DNA from: Octopus bimaculoides
Taxonomy: Eukaryota
DNA: 64,000 nt
Reading direction: 5' to 3'
NCBI RefSeq assembly: GCF_001194135.2
Contig: NC_068986.1
Span: 91,137,382-91,201,381, forward strand
The notes beneath the pieces are model-generated. The model ran no database searches and was not told the DNA's origin. It saw nothing but the letters and a program-made list of their open reading frames with translations. Below are positions 13,196-26,021 of the stretch, one piece after another. Numbering within the stretch: the first letter of the stretch is position 1; the number at the start of each line of letters is the position of its first letter. The position numbers and the translations under genes were made by a program.

Positions 13196-13802
13196 NNNNN
13201 NNNNNNNNNNNNNNNNNNNNNNNNNNNNNNNNNNNNNNNNNNNNNNNNNNNNNNNNNNNNNNNNNNNNNNNNNNNNNNNNNNNNNNNNNNNNNNNNNNNN
13301 NNNNNNNNNNNNNNNNNNNNNNNNNNNNNNNNNNNNNNNNNNNNNNNNNNNNNNNNNNNNNNNNNNNNNNNNNNNNNNNNNNNNNNNNNNNNNNNNNNNN
13401 NNNNNNNNNNNNNNNNNNNNNNNNNNNNNNNNNNNNNNNNNNNNNNNNNNNNNNNNNNNNNNNNNNNNNNNNNNNNNNNNNNNNNNNNNNNNNNNNNNNN
13501 NNNNNNNNNNNNNNNNNNNNNNNNNNNNNNNNNNNNNNNNNNNNNNNNNNNNNNNNNNNNNNNNNNNNNNNNNNNNNNNNNNNNNNNNNNNNNNNNNNNN
13601 NNNNNNNNNNNNNNNNNNNNNNNNNNNNNNNNNNNNNNNNNNNNNNNNNNNNNNNNNNNNNNNNNNNNNNNNNNNNNNNNNNNNNNNNNNNNNNNNNNNN
13701 NNNNNNNNNNNNNNNNNNNNNNNNNNNNNNNNNNNNNNNNNNNNNNNNNNNNNNNNNNNNNNNNNNNNNNNNNNNNNNNNNNNNNNNNNNNNNNNNNNNN
13801 NN
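13196..13802. other. Assembly gap (others at 3975-3984, 25975-25984, 37611-37768, 54402-54566)
   Basis: Runs of N, mostly next to (TA)n tracts. Confidence 1.
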
Positions 13803-13836
<34 letters not shown>

Positions 13837-14841
13837 GTACTGGAAGTTTAGAGGTAATACTTGATAAGTGTAAGCACCTGTATATGCCAGAGGTGAAAGC
13901 TTGAAACACGTGTACCGCGATATCCTTTGTGTTCTGTTTTCAATTTACGTTTGATATATATATATTTATATATATAGAATTTGTAATACAAAGAATGTTA
14001 TATCTGCAAATCAACAACCAAGATATATTAAAATAGATATATTTGAGATCATGAATTTTGAGCATGCTTCATTTGGATCCATCAGGGAGATTATAAGAAA
14101 TGAACTCATATTGGCTTGTAAATGTACACTTTAAAACAATGAACATTCATATATGCATACACACACATAAACACACACATATATTAGTCAAACACTAATT
14201 TAAAGATTAATCTGTGCCTTTCAGTAGAGTAACATATTAACTTCATTTGAACAAGTTACTTACATGTTTCAACTATGTAGCATAGCCTTGATCAGACAGT
14301 CTGTAGATGGTTACAAAACTGAAACTTCCAAGCAGATGTCAACCTGGCATGTGCCATCAGTAATTACTCAGGGCAGGTAGTTGGTGATGTTTATGTGGTA
14401 AAACATACAAAAAATAAGTGAAACACAGGCGCACGACTGAGTTGTAGGCAGATTTACTTCTGCCATTATAGCGCGTAAAGAAAACATTGTTGTCGGAATG
14501 TACGCAGAACGTGTATTACAACAGTTCTATGCATAGCTTTAATACTGAGATTGAAAGGTAGGGGCAAATTATGCCTGCCTAATCTACAAAAAAATAAAAT
14601 ATTTTGTATTTTATGCATAGTGATCAGAGTAACCTTCATAATTTTATTGACTTAGGTGCATATTTTGCCATAAAAGGAAAATATTACTACTGATCTATTT
14701 TATTCAGGGTAGGCACTGCCGACCTTGCCTACCCAGGCGGCATGTCCTTGCTTATGGAAATTAAATGTGAATGTGTGTGTGTGTGTGTGTGCGTGCCTAT
14801 ATGCCTTCATTGTCCTCAATTCTTATTGTTATTTATTTCAG

Positions 14842-14953
14842 ATGGCAGTATATTATCTGCAGACAAATACTACAGTGTAAGTGGCACAGTAGTGCAGGGA
14901 CGCCACCTAATGTTGCTAGAAGGAGATGTTTACTGTAAAGTCAGGTTGCAAAC
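14842..14953 (+). CDS. C2-domain exon 1 (DGSILSADKYYSVSGTVVQGRHLMLLEGDVYCKVRLQT)
   Basis: tttatttcag| acceptor and AC|gtatgc donor; phase 1 to 2; sequence fits the first C2 strands (V.G.HL ... DVYCKV). Confidence 0.82.
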
Positions 14954-15243
14954 GTATGCATTTTATTTCTACGTAACTTAGACATTACCCATCTGTGTGT
15001 CTCTCACTCACTCACTTTCCATCTCTGTATATATATATATATGCTGAAAATTTTCTTGCTTTAATGGTATTGCAAAAAGTCTGGTTGGCTGCCCAACCTT
15101 CTGAGTTCTTTTACAGGGTCTAGAAAAACTAAAAGACTGCTGCAATAAGTGTGTGAATCTGAGAGGGGGAATGTGTTAAGTAAAATCATAATTAAATGAC
15201 CCTCTTGTATGTTCTTTTGCTCAAAGCCAGGAACTTTTCAGCA

Positions 15244-16291
15244 TGTAATTGTGTACCATTTTTTTTCATCCTTGTTTTCGTATACATTCGCTTGCTTTCT
15301 TCCAAAGAATCTAGTGCTCTTAGCTTAGATTTTTTTGTGGGGCTGGCCAGATTGGGGCAGTCTCGAGTGTAACCAGCCAAAACTGCAACGACGATCTGGA
15401 ACTCGGCTGATGATAGAAAGCTCTAAATGACCTGTCCTTGTTTTTACCTGTCCTTTTTTGTATCGTTTAACTGTCTGGGTGTTTTGTTGTCGCCTGTTAC
15501 GTTCTTGTTCCATTTTTTGTTTTGTTTTTTTTATATATACATATAGCGGCATGCATACACATTCGGTCTCCTGTATGTAAGTATATATATACACATATAT
15601 ATCTAAATTTTGTACGATCCTTTTAGCCCCCTTCACACTTTCTTCATTCTTTCCACTTTTCTCGCTCCCCTCTCTCACATTTCTTGGCCTTCCCTTCATT
15701 CTCATCACTTTCCCTCCTCTTTTACCTCCCTTGTACCTCACTCTGTCCCTTTCTTTTTCTCTCTTTCTTCTCCCTCCCTAATTCCCCAATCTCCCTGCCC
15801 CCTACCTGTCTCCTCTCCTTCCACAGGACTGGTGTTTCGCCAGGCCCAACCTTTCTTGGTTCGACTACCATCTGTATAGCATCTCTTCTATTACTTCCTA
15901 TGACTTTCATCTCTTATGTTCCTGCCATAAGGTTTCACTCCACACAGGCCAGTTTAATTTAATTCATCTTTAGTCAAAAGACACCTATTGTTAATGTCCT
16001 GTTGTTTGTATTTGTAATTGTGTACCATTTCTCCGGTTTTTTTTTCATCCTTGTTTTCGTATACATTCACTTGCTTTCTTCCAAAGAATCTAGTGCTCTT
16101 AGCTTAGATTTTTTTTGGGGGACCCAGCCAGATTGGAGCAGTCTCGAGTGTAACCAGCCAAACTTGCAACGACGATCTGGAACTCAACTGATGATAGAAA
16201 ACTCTGAATGACCCATCCTTGTTTTTTCCTGTCCTTTTTTGTATCGTCTAATTGTCCAGATGTTTTGTTGTCACCTGTTACATTCTTGTTT
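15244..16291 (-). repeat. Two diverged direct copies of about 270 bp (15244-15510 and 16013-16291) around a CT-rich spacer
   Basis: Shared ccaaagaatctagtgctcttagcttagattt...gcagtctcgagtgtaaccagccaaa...gatctggaactc sequence. Confidence 0.85.
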
Positions 16292-17489
16292 CATTTATAT
16301 ATATATATATATCCCTTTTGTTCCTGCACTCCTCTCACTCTCACTCTCTTTCTTTCTCTCTCTCTCTCCCCATGTATGTATAACTTTATGCCTAATTTCC
16401 ATCATAAGAAATATTGTATTGAAGTAGAATGGAGTAAACAGTTTAGTGCTAGGCTAAAATCCTTGTACAATATGAGCTCAAGTCATGTCAAGACCAATTT
16501 AACCTTCATCATTCCATCATTCATAAAATAAGCAGCAGTCAAATACTCGGGTCAACTGTGCACTACACCCATCACTCAAACTAGTGCCAAACTTGGAAAT
16601 CAATTTTAATAATTATGAAATATTGAAATTGTCATAAACGAATCACCTTTTAGAATTTAGTTATGCCCCTAAATATTCTGAATCAAATCATTCCTGAATT
16701 CAAAGTGATAAATACCAGTGAAATACTAGGTTTGATTTAATCCACTCTACTCCGCCTCCCAGAATATTTCTGGTCTTTTCCTTTGTTCTTGTCTTTCATT
16801 TTTGAAGATGACCAAAACTGTACCACCTAAACAGCAATGATTAGCAGTGGAAGACACAGCCATATGGGTAACTAGAGAATTGTGATTGCTCCCCATCTAT
16901 AATATCCTACTTTCTGAGTACTCTTGCAATGAGGAAAATGTAGAAGCAGCGGTATCTTATTGTTGCAGATGCATGTGATTAACCCAACAGGCAACAACAG
17001 GTTATCTGTCTGTGGTTTCAAGAAGGTCAAGTCTTGCCTTGTCCTAAATTCGGATTATAGTTTGGGAGACCTGCACTGGGCACCCAGTAGTAAGGTGTGG
17101 TGAGATGCCCAAATACATACCAGAAATACAGTGAGATAATCAAGGTGATCCCTGTATATCACTGTGCTGCTGTGAGGTATGCATCCCACTTTGTTGACTA
17201 TTGCCTTTTTTTCCATTGAAACTTGACCACTCATGGTTTTGATTTCTTCTGCACAGTCCATCAGAAATCCTGTCTGCTAATGCCATTGCCCAGTAGTGGC
17301 ACACTGCAAAATGCAGACAGTTTGTGAAGGGCCAGTAACAGCTAGGTGACAGGTGCAAAAAGTAGCAGACAAGCTGTTGTGAAAAGGAATTGGTCAAACT
17401 CTACAAAAAGTGCTATTCCTTCCTGACATCCCATATCTCATAACCTAGTATTGTACCTAACTTAGAAATATGTATTGCAGTATGAAGTG

Positions 17490-17706
17490 AAGGTGGCAAG
17501 CTGGTAGAAATGTTAGCATGTTGGGCGAACTGCTTAGCGGTATTTTGTCTGTCTTTACATTCTGAGTTCAAATTCCACCAAGGTCGACTTTGCCTTTCAT
17601 CCTTTCGGAGTCAATAAATTAAGTACCAGTTGCATACTGGGGTCTATCTAATCAACTGGCCCCCTCCTCCAAAAATTTCGGGCCTTGTGCCTAGAGTAGA
17701 AAAGAA
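17490..17706 (+). mobile_element. Abundant SINE (ttctgagttcaaattcc...gtcgactttgcctttcatcctttcgg family); many further copies, e.g. 18090-18250, 25320-25520, 26530-26900, 27200-27920, 50540-51130, 52845-53050
   Basis: Repeated head ggcgagctggcagaa...ttagca, core gagttcaaat...ctttgcctttcatcc and tail ggccttgtgcc. Confidence 0.88.
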
Positions 17707-17919
17707 GTATGTAGTTATACTCCTTTATGTTCTGAGTTCAAATTTTGCTGGAATCTACTTTGTATTTATTTCATCCCTGCCTAGTTAGGTAGGGGATAAA
17801 ATAAGTACCAGTCAAATATTGCTGTTGATTTGATTATGCCCTTTCCTCACTGTGCTACTGTAAGAGACCATTATCATTATCATCATGAGTAATTTCTTGT
17901 ACACTTCTATTCTCTGCAG

Positions 17920-18028
17920 GCACCATCTCTCAAATGCGCGAACTAAATTACGATCAAGCGGGAGGATTCTTGGCCGTTCCACCACTGTTAAAGCCCAGCT
18001 TGAACCTCAGTTCAACTTGAACTTTGAA
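17920..18028 (+). CDS. C2-domain exon 2 (HHLSNARTKLRSSGRILGRSTTVKAQLEPQFNLNFE)
   Basis: ttctctgcag| acceptor and GAA|gtaagt donor; phase 2 to 0; RSTTVKAQLEPQFN resembles the C2 motif T..vk.tlnP.wNe.F. Confidence 0.88.
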
Positions 18029-18737
18029 GTAAGTCTGATATTTTGTTTTGTTATTATTATGTAGCCAACAGAATTCTTAGGATACCAGACAAAATGCTTA
18101 GTAGCAGTTTGCCAGTCTTTACGTTCTGAGTTCAAATTCTGTTGAGGTCAGCTTTACCCTTCATCTTTTTGGGGTCCACAAAATAAGTACCAATTGCATA
18201 CTGGGGTCAATGTTATTGACTACCCCTTCCTTAAAATTCCAGGCTTTGTGCATATAGCACTGATCAAATAGATCTGTGAACAAAATCATTCTGATCATGT
18301 ACAGCTCATCTTTGTTTACTAAGCTTTGTGTATCTAGAATTATATAATTCAATACATTCTTCCTTTCTTAAAATGACAGATCATGGTTTAGGGGAAATTT
18401 GACTGCTATTTCTAGCAGATCAGGAAACCATGTAAAGGCTCCCATGTTAGTTACTGTGGACATCCTTATTATTAGAATGGTTGTCTTTACTACACCAAGT
18501 AATATCAACTGACAATCCACCTATTTTGCCAGCCATCAGATCAGTAATAATTTGTTATATTAAAGTGCTAATGACAGGTTCCTGTGGTATAAGCAATGTT
18601 GTCATACTGAGTAAAGAGAATAGTAAAAATGGGTGTGTGTGTGTTATAATGAGAGAGAGAGAGAGAGGCAACAGACAGACAGATTCCAACAAACACTACA
18701 GGCCCATACACTCACATAAATACAAATGTTATTGGTA

Positions 18738-18773
<36 letters not shown>

Positions 18774-20195
18774 GCTATTTAATACTTTGTAATTGTTTAT
18801 AATTAAACCATGGAATATCTATCAGGTCACTTAGTAATAATAATAATCCTTTCTATTATAGGCACAAGGCCTGAAATTTTGTGGGAGTGGGCTAGTTAAA
18901 TACATCAACACCATGCTCCATTAGTATTTATTTAATCAAGACATTGGCAGAATTTGAACTCTGAATGTAAAGAGCTGGAATAAATGCAGCTGAGCATTTT
19001 CTCTGAGACACTGACAATTCTGCCAGCTCGTTGTTCTAATAACAGTTATAATAACAGCAACTAATTCAACCAATCATCATCATTTTCATCATCAGTTGAA
19101 CAGGTCTTCAGTACAATTTCTATAAATCTTTCTCACATTTTGCCCTTAGTCTACCTCTACTACTTGTACCTCCACAATTAGCACACATCATTTATTTACA
19201 CCTCACACACATCATCGTCAGCTTTTCAAGTGTCTATCCAAACATAAATCCATCCTCTCTATGACGCGCAATATTAGCTGATTATCTCTATTGCCATTAA
19301 ACATAACATACCAACATACCTTTAGTAGGTTTTTTTGTTTTTTTTTACTAAAATCTCTGTTAAAACATCAAAAACTAACAAGATTAAATTGATGAAACCT
19401 TGTTTATTTAAGACAGCTCAATGCCAAAAATGTTCTTATAAACAAACTTATATTGATTTATCTTAAACATTACCAAGCCATTACAAATAATATTAAGGTA
19501 TTAGCAGTAAGGAAAAACATTACATGAAGTATATGTTCTTAATCTTCTTTTATAGTTCCGTTTATATTTAAGCTACATTATCATCGTCATTCATCATCAT
19601 TCACAATTAGCGTCCACTTTCCCATGCTTGCATTGGTCAGGTAGAATTTTGTTAAGGTAGATTTTTTTTGGTTGGAGATCCTTCCTGATGCTAAGCATTA
19701 CCAGCTGGTTGGAAACAAACTCCATCACTTGTGTGACAGTGATACCCATTTACAATCATCACGTGATGTCAAAACAAAGATACACACACATATACAATAG
19801 GCTTCTTACAGTTTCCATCTACCAAATCCACATACAAGGCTACTGTGGAAGACACCTATCCAAAGAGCCACACAGGGGAATGAACCTAAGACACATAGTT
19901 GGGAAGCAAGCTCCTCAACCATGCAGAGCCATGTCTGCTCATGTCTCCTTGTCTGGGCTTCACATTATAGGCACATTATAGGAATATAAGTGATTTTCAG
20001 AGCATGACTGGTATTTTATTGACCCCAGAATGATACAAAACAAAGTTTATCTTTGTTGAATTTGAACTTGAAACATAAAAAGCTGTAGGTGAAAGACATT
20101 TAGAATTAAATCAATCTCAATATCTTGTTTAAAGATTTGTTTCAATTTAATATAGTTTTTTTTTTTAATAATTTTTTGGTAATTAATTATTTTTC

Positions 20196-20227
<32 letters not shown>

Positions 20228-20390
20228 TATTATTATTATTATTATTATTAAATAGATTGGTTTTTTTGAGGCATATTTCTGTATTGGTTTCTGTTTATTT
20301 TATTTTTTTGTTATGGATTTAATCAGCAGTCTGCTATTAATTATAATGTCCCTTTAGTCTGGTCACCTTAGTCTATTTTTCCTTCTTCAG

Positions 20391-20502
20391 GTTGACCGAG
20401 GAGCTGGTGTCTCTGCAGAAGCATTGCTTGTTTTTGATATGAAGAAAGCAACCAAAGAACATCTAGCTTCAAAAGGTTTCACTATACGAGAATTGCTGGG
20501 AG
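20391..20502 (+). CDS. C2-domain exon 3 (VDRGAGVSAEALLVFDMKKATKEHLASKGFTIRELLG)
   Basis: ttttccttcttcag| acceptor and G|gtgagt donor; phase 0 to 1; LLVFD and TIRELL resemble the later C2 strands. Confidence 0.88.
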
Positions 20503-20574
20503 GTGAGTTGATAAATGTTACTTTAAATTTGTGTGAGAAGCATAAGAAGTTGGTAAAGAACCCCTGAGAGATTA

Positions 20575-21400
20575 TTTAACCCTGTACATATTCTTCTCAA
20601 TTTAAAAATGATAATAATGAACTCAGGTGCTCTACAACTCATGTTTGTTGCATACATTAATGACATAGATGCCAACTTAAAGAATACCACAGGACTGAAA
20701 TATACAGTTGACATCAAACTGTACTTTGAGATAAAAAGGACAGATCCTGAACACTATAGAGCTTTCCTGCAATCAAACCTGGACACAATGTAACAATGGA
20801 TCATGGACTGGCAACTCAAGCTGGCTGTGGACAAGTGTACCACCATGCATTTTGGGAGGAAAAACCCTAGCATCCACATACTCTCTCCACAACACTAATA
20901 TCAAGCAGTCTTCTTAGGAATGTGACCTGGGCATTACTGTCAGCAGTGATTTGCACTGGACAAAGCACATCTCTAAAATTGTCAAGAAGGCCAATGGTGT
21001 CTTGGCATCACTCAGCAAGACCTTTGTCAGCCGCTCTCCAGCTGTCTATTTAAGGCTGTACATGGCTATGGTGCAGCCACACTTGGAATTTTGCATCACC
21101 AGTCTGGAACCCCTATCTTACTCAGGAAACATTTTTTCACACTCAGAGTTTCTGAAGCATGGAACAAACTACCTGCATCAGCTGTTAGTTGTCGAGTCAT
21201 TGTATCCTTTGAAACCTCCATACTTTCTGAAATTCGCCAACACTACACCTGATATCCCCACCTCCATATGCATGCACTCAGATATATCATGACTCATACA
21301 CTGTTCACTTTCCTGACTTTTGTACATAATTCTATGTACTGTACATGCACCTTTGATGAGTTGTAGTGCACCTGAGCACTAAACACAATAATTTCATTAT
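20575..21400 (+). mobile_element. 5'-truncated, degenerate CR1/L2-type LINE 3' end
   Basis: YINDI...KYTVDIKLY, WQLKLAVDKC..MHFG, DLGITVSSDLHWTKHISKIVKKANGVL, LYMAMVQPHLEF and FFTLRVSEAWNKLP motifs; (ATT)n tail. Confidence 0.85.
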
Positions 21401-22049
21401 TATTGTTATAGAAAAAGTAACTAAAATTGCATGAACAGTACATAGAATAAGAACAGGAAGTGAACAGTAAAAAAATCTTAAAAAAAAAAAAGAGAAGAAA
21501 TTGGGGTGGGGGCATCAGGTGTACTGTTGGCAAATTTCAGGAAGCATGGAAGTTTTGAAAGATATAATGTCTACACATACCATGCATATACCCTTTACTG
21601 TCCCACTTCTTTTTCTCAATTACTTTAATATATTTCTTGCTGGTATGAATGCATGTTCTCAGAGAAGTATAGTTTTAATACCTGGTTGGAGCTATTTCAG
21701 TCTGCTCATATAACATTAATGCTCTTGAATGACTTGAACATCAAAACCTTTCAGAATATATTTTCTGAAAGTGGATCTGTGTCAGTGATCAACTTGCAAT
21801 GGGTGCAACAAAAGTGAGGATACCAAATAATAAATATCAAAGTGAAGTTAAGTTTTTGATTATTTGGTTAGCTTTGTGAAAGTATTTAAATTGGGGTAGT
21901 AATGAAGGCTGGGGCATATAATTGGTGAATCTTTGTCATTTAATAATGAGGATTCAGTTGTTTAATCAACTGAATTAAATGTGTAATTGACTGAGCATTC
22001 AACAGACAGATGTTCATACTTCTGGAGTAAAAAAAAAAATAAAGTACCA

Positions 22050-23950
22050 ATTAAGTATTGTGTCTAAATTATTATATCCTTTTGGAGTCGATAAAATAAG
22101 TACCAGTTGAACACTGGGGCCAATGTAATCGACTAGTCCCCTCCCACCAAATTTCAGGCCTTGTGCCTTTAGTAGAAAGGATTATTATTAGCAGTATAAA
22201 TGGCTGCTCTTGTGGCAAAATTTGAAACCATTATTATTATTATTATTAGCAGTATTTTGTCCATCTTCACATTATGAGTTCAAATTTCGCCAAGGTCAAC
22301 TTTGCCTTTCATCCTTTTGGAGTTGATAAAATAAGTACCGGTTATGCACTGAGGTCAGTGTAGTTGACTTGCCCTCCCCCACCAAAAACAAATTTCAGGC
22401 CTTGTACATACAGTAGAAAGGATTGTTGTTGTTGTTGTTGTTAAGGTGGTGAGCTGGCAGAATTGTTAGCACACTGGACAGAATGTTGAACAGCATTTCT
22501 TCCATCCTAACATTCGGAGTTCAATTGTCACCGAGGCCAACTTTGCCTTTCATCCTTTCAGAGTAGATAAAATAAGCACCAGTTAGCTTCTGGAGTGTTG
22601 ATGTAATTGACCTTCCCCTCCCATCAAAAAAACTGCTGGCCCTGTGCCAAGATTTGAAATCATCATTATTATTATTGTTATTATTATTATCATTATTCTT
22701 TTCTACTCTAGGCACAAGACCCAAAATTTTTGGAGAAGGAGCAAGTCGATTGGATTGACCCCACTACACAACTGTTACTTAATTTATCAACTCTGAAAGG
22801 AAGAAAGGCAAAGTCGACTTCAGCAGAATTTGAACTCAGATTAAGGCAGTGAGCTGGCAGAATCATTAGCATGCTGGATGAAATGCTTAGCAGTATTTTG
22901 CCTGTCGCTACATTCTGAGTTCAAATTCCGCCAAGGTCGACTTTGCCTTTCATCCTTTCAGGGTTGATAAATTAAGTACCAGTGAATGACTAGGGTTGAT
23001 GTAATTGACTTAATCCCCTCCCACAAGCTGCTCTTGAGGCAAAAATTTGAAATCATTATTATCATCATCATCATCATTATCACCATTCTCATTGCAGAAA
23101 ATGAAAGTGGTACAGTCCGTAAATGGTTGACGCTAAACAACAACATAGAACTTGAAGTAGAACTGGTACACGGTAAACCTGATTCCAACCATCAAAAGAA
23201 ACCTGGCATATTTCGCAATTTCTCATTTCGCAAGGACAAACAACATTAACAAATAACAATACACAGAAACAAAAAAAAAACATTCATAAAACACTTATTT
23301 TTTTTAATTTATTTAATTTTCTTGTTTGTCATTGTTTTTGTATATTTTTCTCTGAATTTAATATCATATTTTAAATGTCTTGTTCATTAAATTTTCTGTG
23401 TATCTGAGTGTGTGACTCATCATCGTCATCATCATCATCATCACCATCAGAGTCGTGAATTGGCAGAATCATTAGAGCATCAGACAAGATAACTCATGAT
23501 ATTTGTTCTGGCTCTTTATGTTCAGAGTTCAAACCTCACTGATGTAAAATTTTGCCTTTCATTCTTCCAGGGTCGATATAATAAAGTACCGGTCATATTC
23601 TGGGAGTCAGTGATATCAACAAATCCCCTTCCCCAAAATTATTGATCTTGTGCCCAAATTAGAAGTAGTTATTATTAGGGGCAGTGGATCAGTAGAGTTT
23701 CAGATAAAATATCTTGTAATAATTTTTCTGGTTCTCACTAAAGTTCACATTGCCTTTCATTTTTTTCAAGATCAATAAAATAAAGTTCCAGTCAGGTACT
23801 GGGATCAATGCTCTGGGTTCAAATCCTGCTGAGGTCAAATTTGCCTTTCATTCCTCCAGGGTTGATAAGATAAAACTCAGTCAAGTATTGGGGTCAATAG
23901 CATTTACTCCTCAAAATTGTTGACTTTTTGACTAGACACAATCAAAAATA
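22050..23950. mobile_element. Dense cluster of about 7-8 copies of the same SINE family around the last C2 exon, one inverted (22698-22839)
   Basis: Recurrent family core separated by (ATT)n, (GTT)n and (ATC)n tails. Confidence 0.85.
23098..23249 (+). CDS. Terminal coding exon of the C2-domain gene (ENESGTVRKWLTLNNNIELEVELVHGKPDSNHQKKPGIFRNFSFRKDKQH*)
   Basis: attctcattgcag| acceptor; phase 1 fits the previous exon; KWLTL matches the C2 W..L motif; TAA at 23247-23249; possible ATTAAA poly(A) signal at 23386-23391. Confidence 0.82.
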
Positions 23951-25939
23951 AAATAAAATAAACCTTTTTTTTTCTTCTGTCATTATTAAGGTAGTGGAAT
24001 GGCAAAAACAGTAGAAAGCCACACTGAATGCTCAAATCCCAACAGGATCAACTCTAAGGCTTGGTAAAATACTAATCAATGGATAGCTAATAACAGATAG
24101 CACTTATAATACAGAATTACAAAACAGAAATCCAGTGTAGATTGGGGTAAACAGATGAAGCAACTGAGAGCACCCCACACACAATCCTGAATTACTTGCC
24201 AAAGGCAAGTGCCTTCTCCTAGTTCTTGCCGCCAGCCCAGTTGTTAAGTTAACATGGATCCAATTAGCCATGCTGTTTTTGTCACTCTCACCTTTTATAA
24301 AATTTATTAGACAGCAATATTTCCCTCTCTATTTTCACCTACACCCTCAGAAGTTGATTGAGGGTTTGGCTTGAGAGGAAAAGTTGAGTCCTTAAACATT
24401 CAAATCACATCCACCATATTAACTCCTTTGTCATAACTACCTGACAATGGAAGACTACCTGCTCTTCCTTGTCAAAGGGTAGGCCGAGGCTCAGCTAATA
24501 GCAGGGACCATCCTGCATGTGATAATGGCTGACCAGCAAAACCCCACACATTAGCAATGCATGAACACCGAACAAAACAAATGCATACCACATAAGCTCT
24601 TGAGCCAGACATTCTGGTTACTGGTGGTTCCAATGTGACCATACCTGCAGAGTTTATCCCAAACAGGTAATGTGAAATACATCCAGTAACCACATGGCTC
24701 TAAGTTCAAATCTAGATACTGTCACTGTTTTGTACCTCCGAACAACAGAACCAGAACAGACAGAACTGTGCTTCCTCCACTCCGGTTATCCTGACTGAAT
24801 AAAGGACAGCTTCCAATTGCTACTTTACAGATGAGTGGTTTGTGGTAGGAAGAAAAGCATCCAACTGTAAAAACCATTACTCTACCAAAACACTCCACCC
24901 ACCCATGCAAGTTTGGATAAGTGGATGTAAGACAGTTAAAAGTTTTTGTCTTTTTCAAATGTCTCATCTTTCAAAATATCTTTTTCTCTTTTTCCTTGTA
25001 TGAATGATTGAGGAAAGAAACCAAACTGTACTGGAATAAATATCTTTCAGTGCTTAGTTTTGTTCCTCTGTTTTTTTGTTTTTTTTACTTCAAGTTTTAC
25101 TAAAGTTGATAATACCAACTTCATACAATCACCAAAATTTGAGGTATTGTGCTATTGTTAGAAATCATTATGTTCTGAGATCAAATAACATTGCTATCAA
25201 CTTTATCTTTTATACTTCAACAGTCAATTAAATACATTTTCTCTCTAATGTTGGGGTTGATTTAACTGACTATTTTCTCTCATAATTTTGCGGCATTGTG
25301 CCTATACTAGAAATTTATTACCATTAGCATGCTGGACAAAAATCTTAGCAGAATTTTGTCTGTCTTTCTGTTCTGAATTTAAACTCCACCAAGGTTAACT
25401 TTGCCTTTCATCTTTTCAGGGTCGATAAAATAAGTACCAGTCAAACACTGGGGTTGACACTGTCGACTGACTCCCTCCCACAAAAATTTCAGGCCCCGTG
25501 CCTATAGTAGAAAGAATTATTATTATGCAGAAATAATGTCAAGAGCTTCCTTTCTTAAATCAAGGATAAGATACATCTTTGAGACCTGAGATCATTGTTA
25601 GAAATATTCAGGCTTAACAAAGATTTTCTTAATTTTCAAAAAATGTTGAAGGTCTACAAAAATATTAAAGGTTATGTTGCTGTTATAATTTTCTAATTTT
25701 TTTAGAATTTGTTTGCTTTTATTAGTATTTTTTTAAACCTCATGCTATGTTTATTTTTTTTTTATTTTCTGTTGTTTTATTTCTCATTGAACAGTTATAA
25801 TTACTGTTGTTAATGTTATTGTTGTTTCATTAACATTTACAAATATTTCTAACTAAACTAACTGAAATTTTCTGCACACTGTCACCATTCATCCTCCACC
25901 ATGTTCTATATTCATACACACATGTGCATATATGCATGC

Positions 25940-25974
<35 letters not shown>

Positions 25975-25987
25975 NNNNNNNNNNATA

Positions 25988-26021
<34 letters not shown>

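Noticed and set aside
13082-13909. Long ORFs at 13082-13909, 37562-37900 and 54162-54772
   Set aside because: They are open only because they run through N gaps and (TA)n tracts.
15192-16531. Cluster of ORFs on both strands
   Set aside because: They fall within the repeat pair and the CT-rich spacer; compositionally biased, no domains.
22050-23950. CRISPR-like repeat/spacer appearance
   Set aside because: Units are diverged SINE copies of about 200 bp with microsatellite tails in eukaryotic DNA; no constant short repeat and no cas genes.
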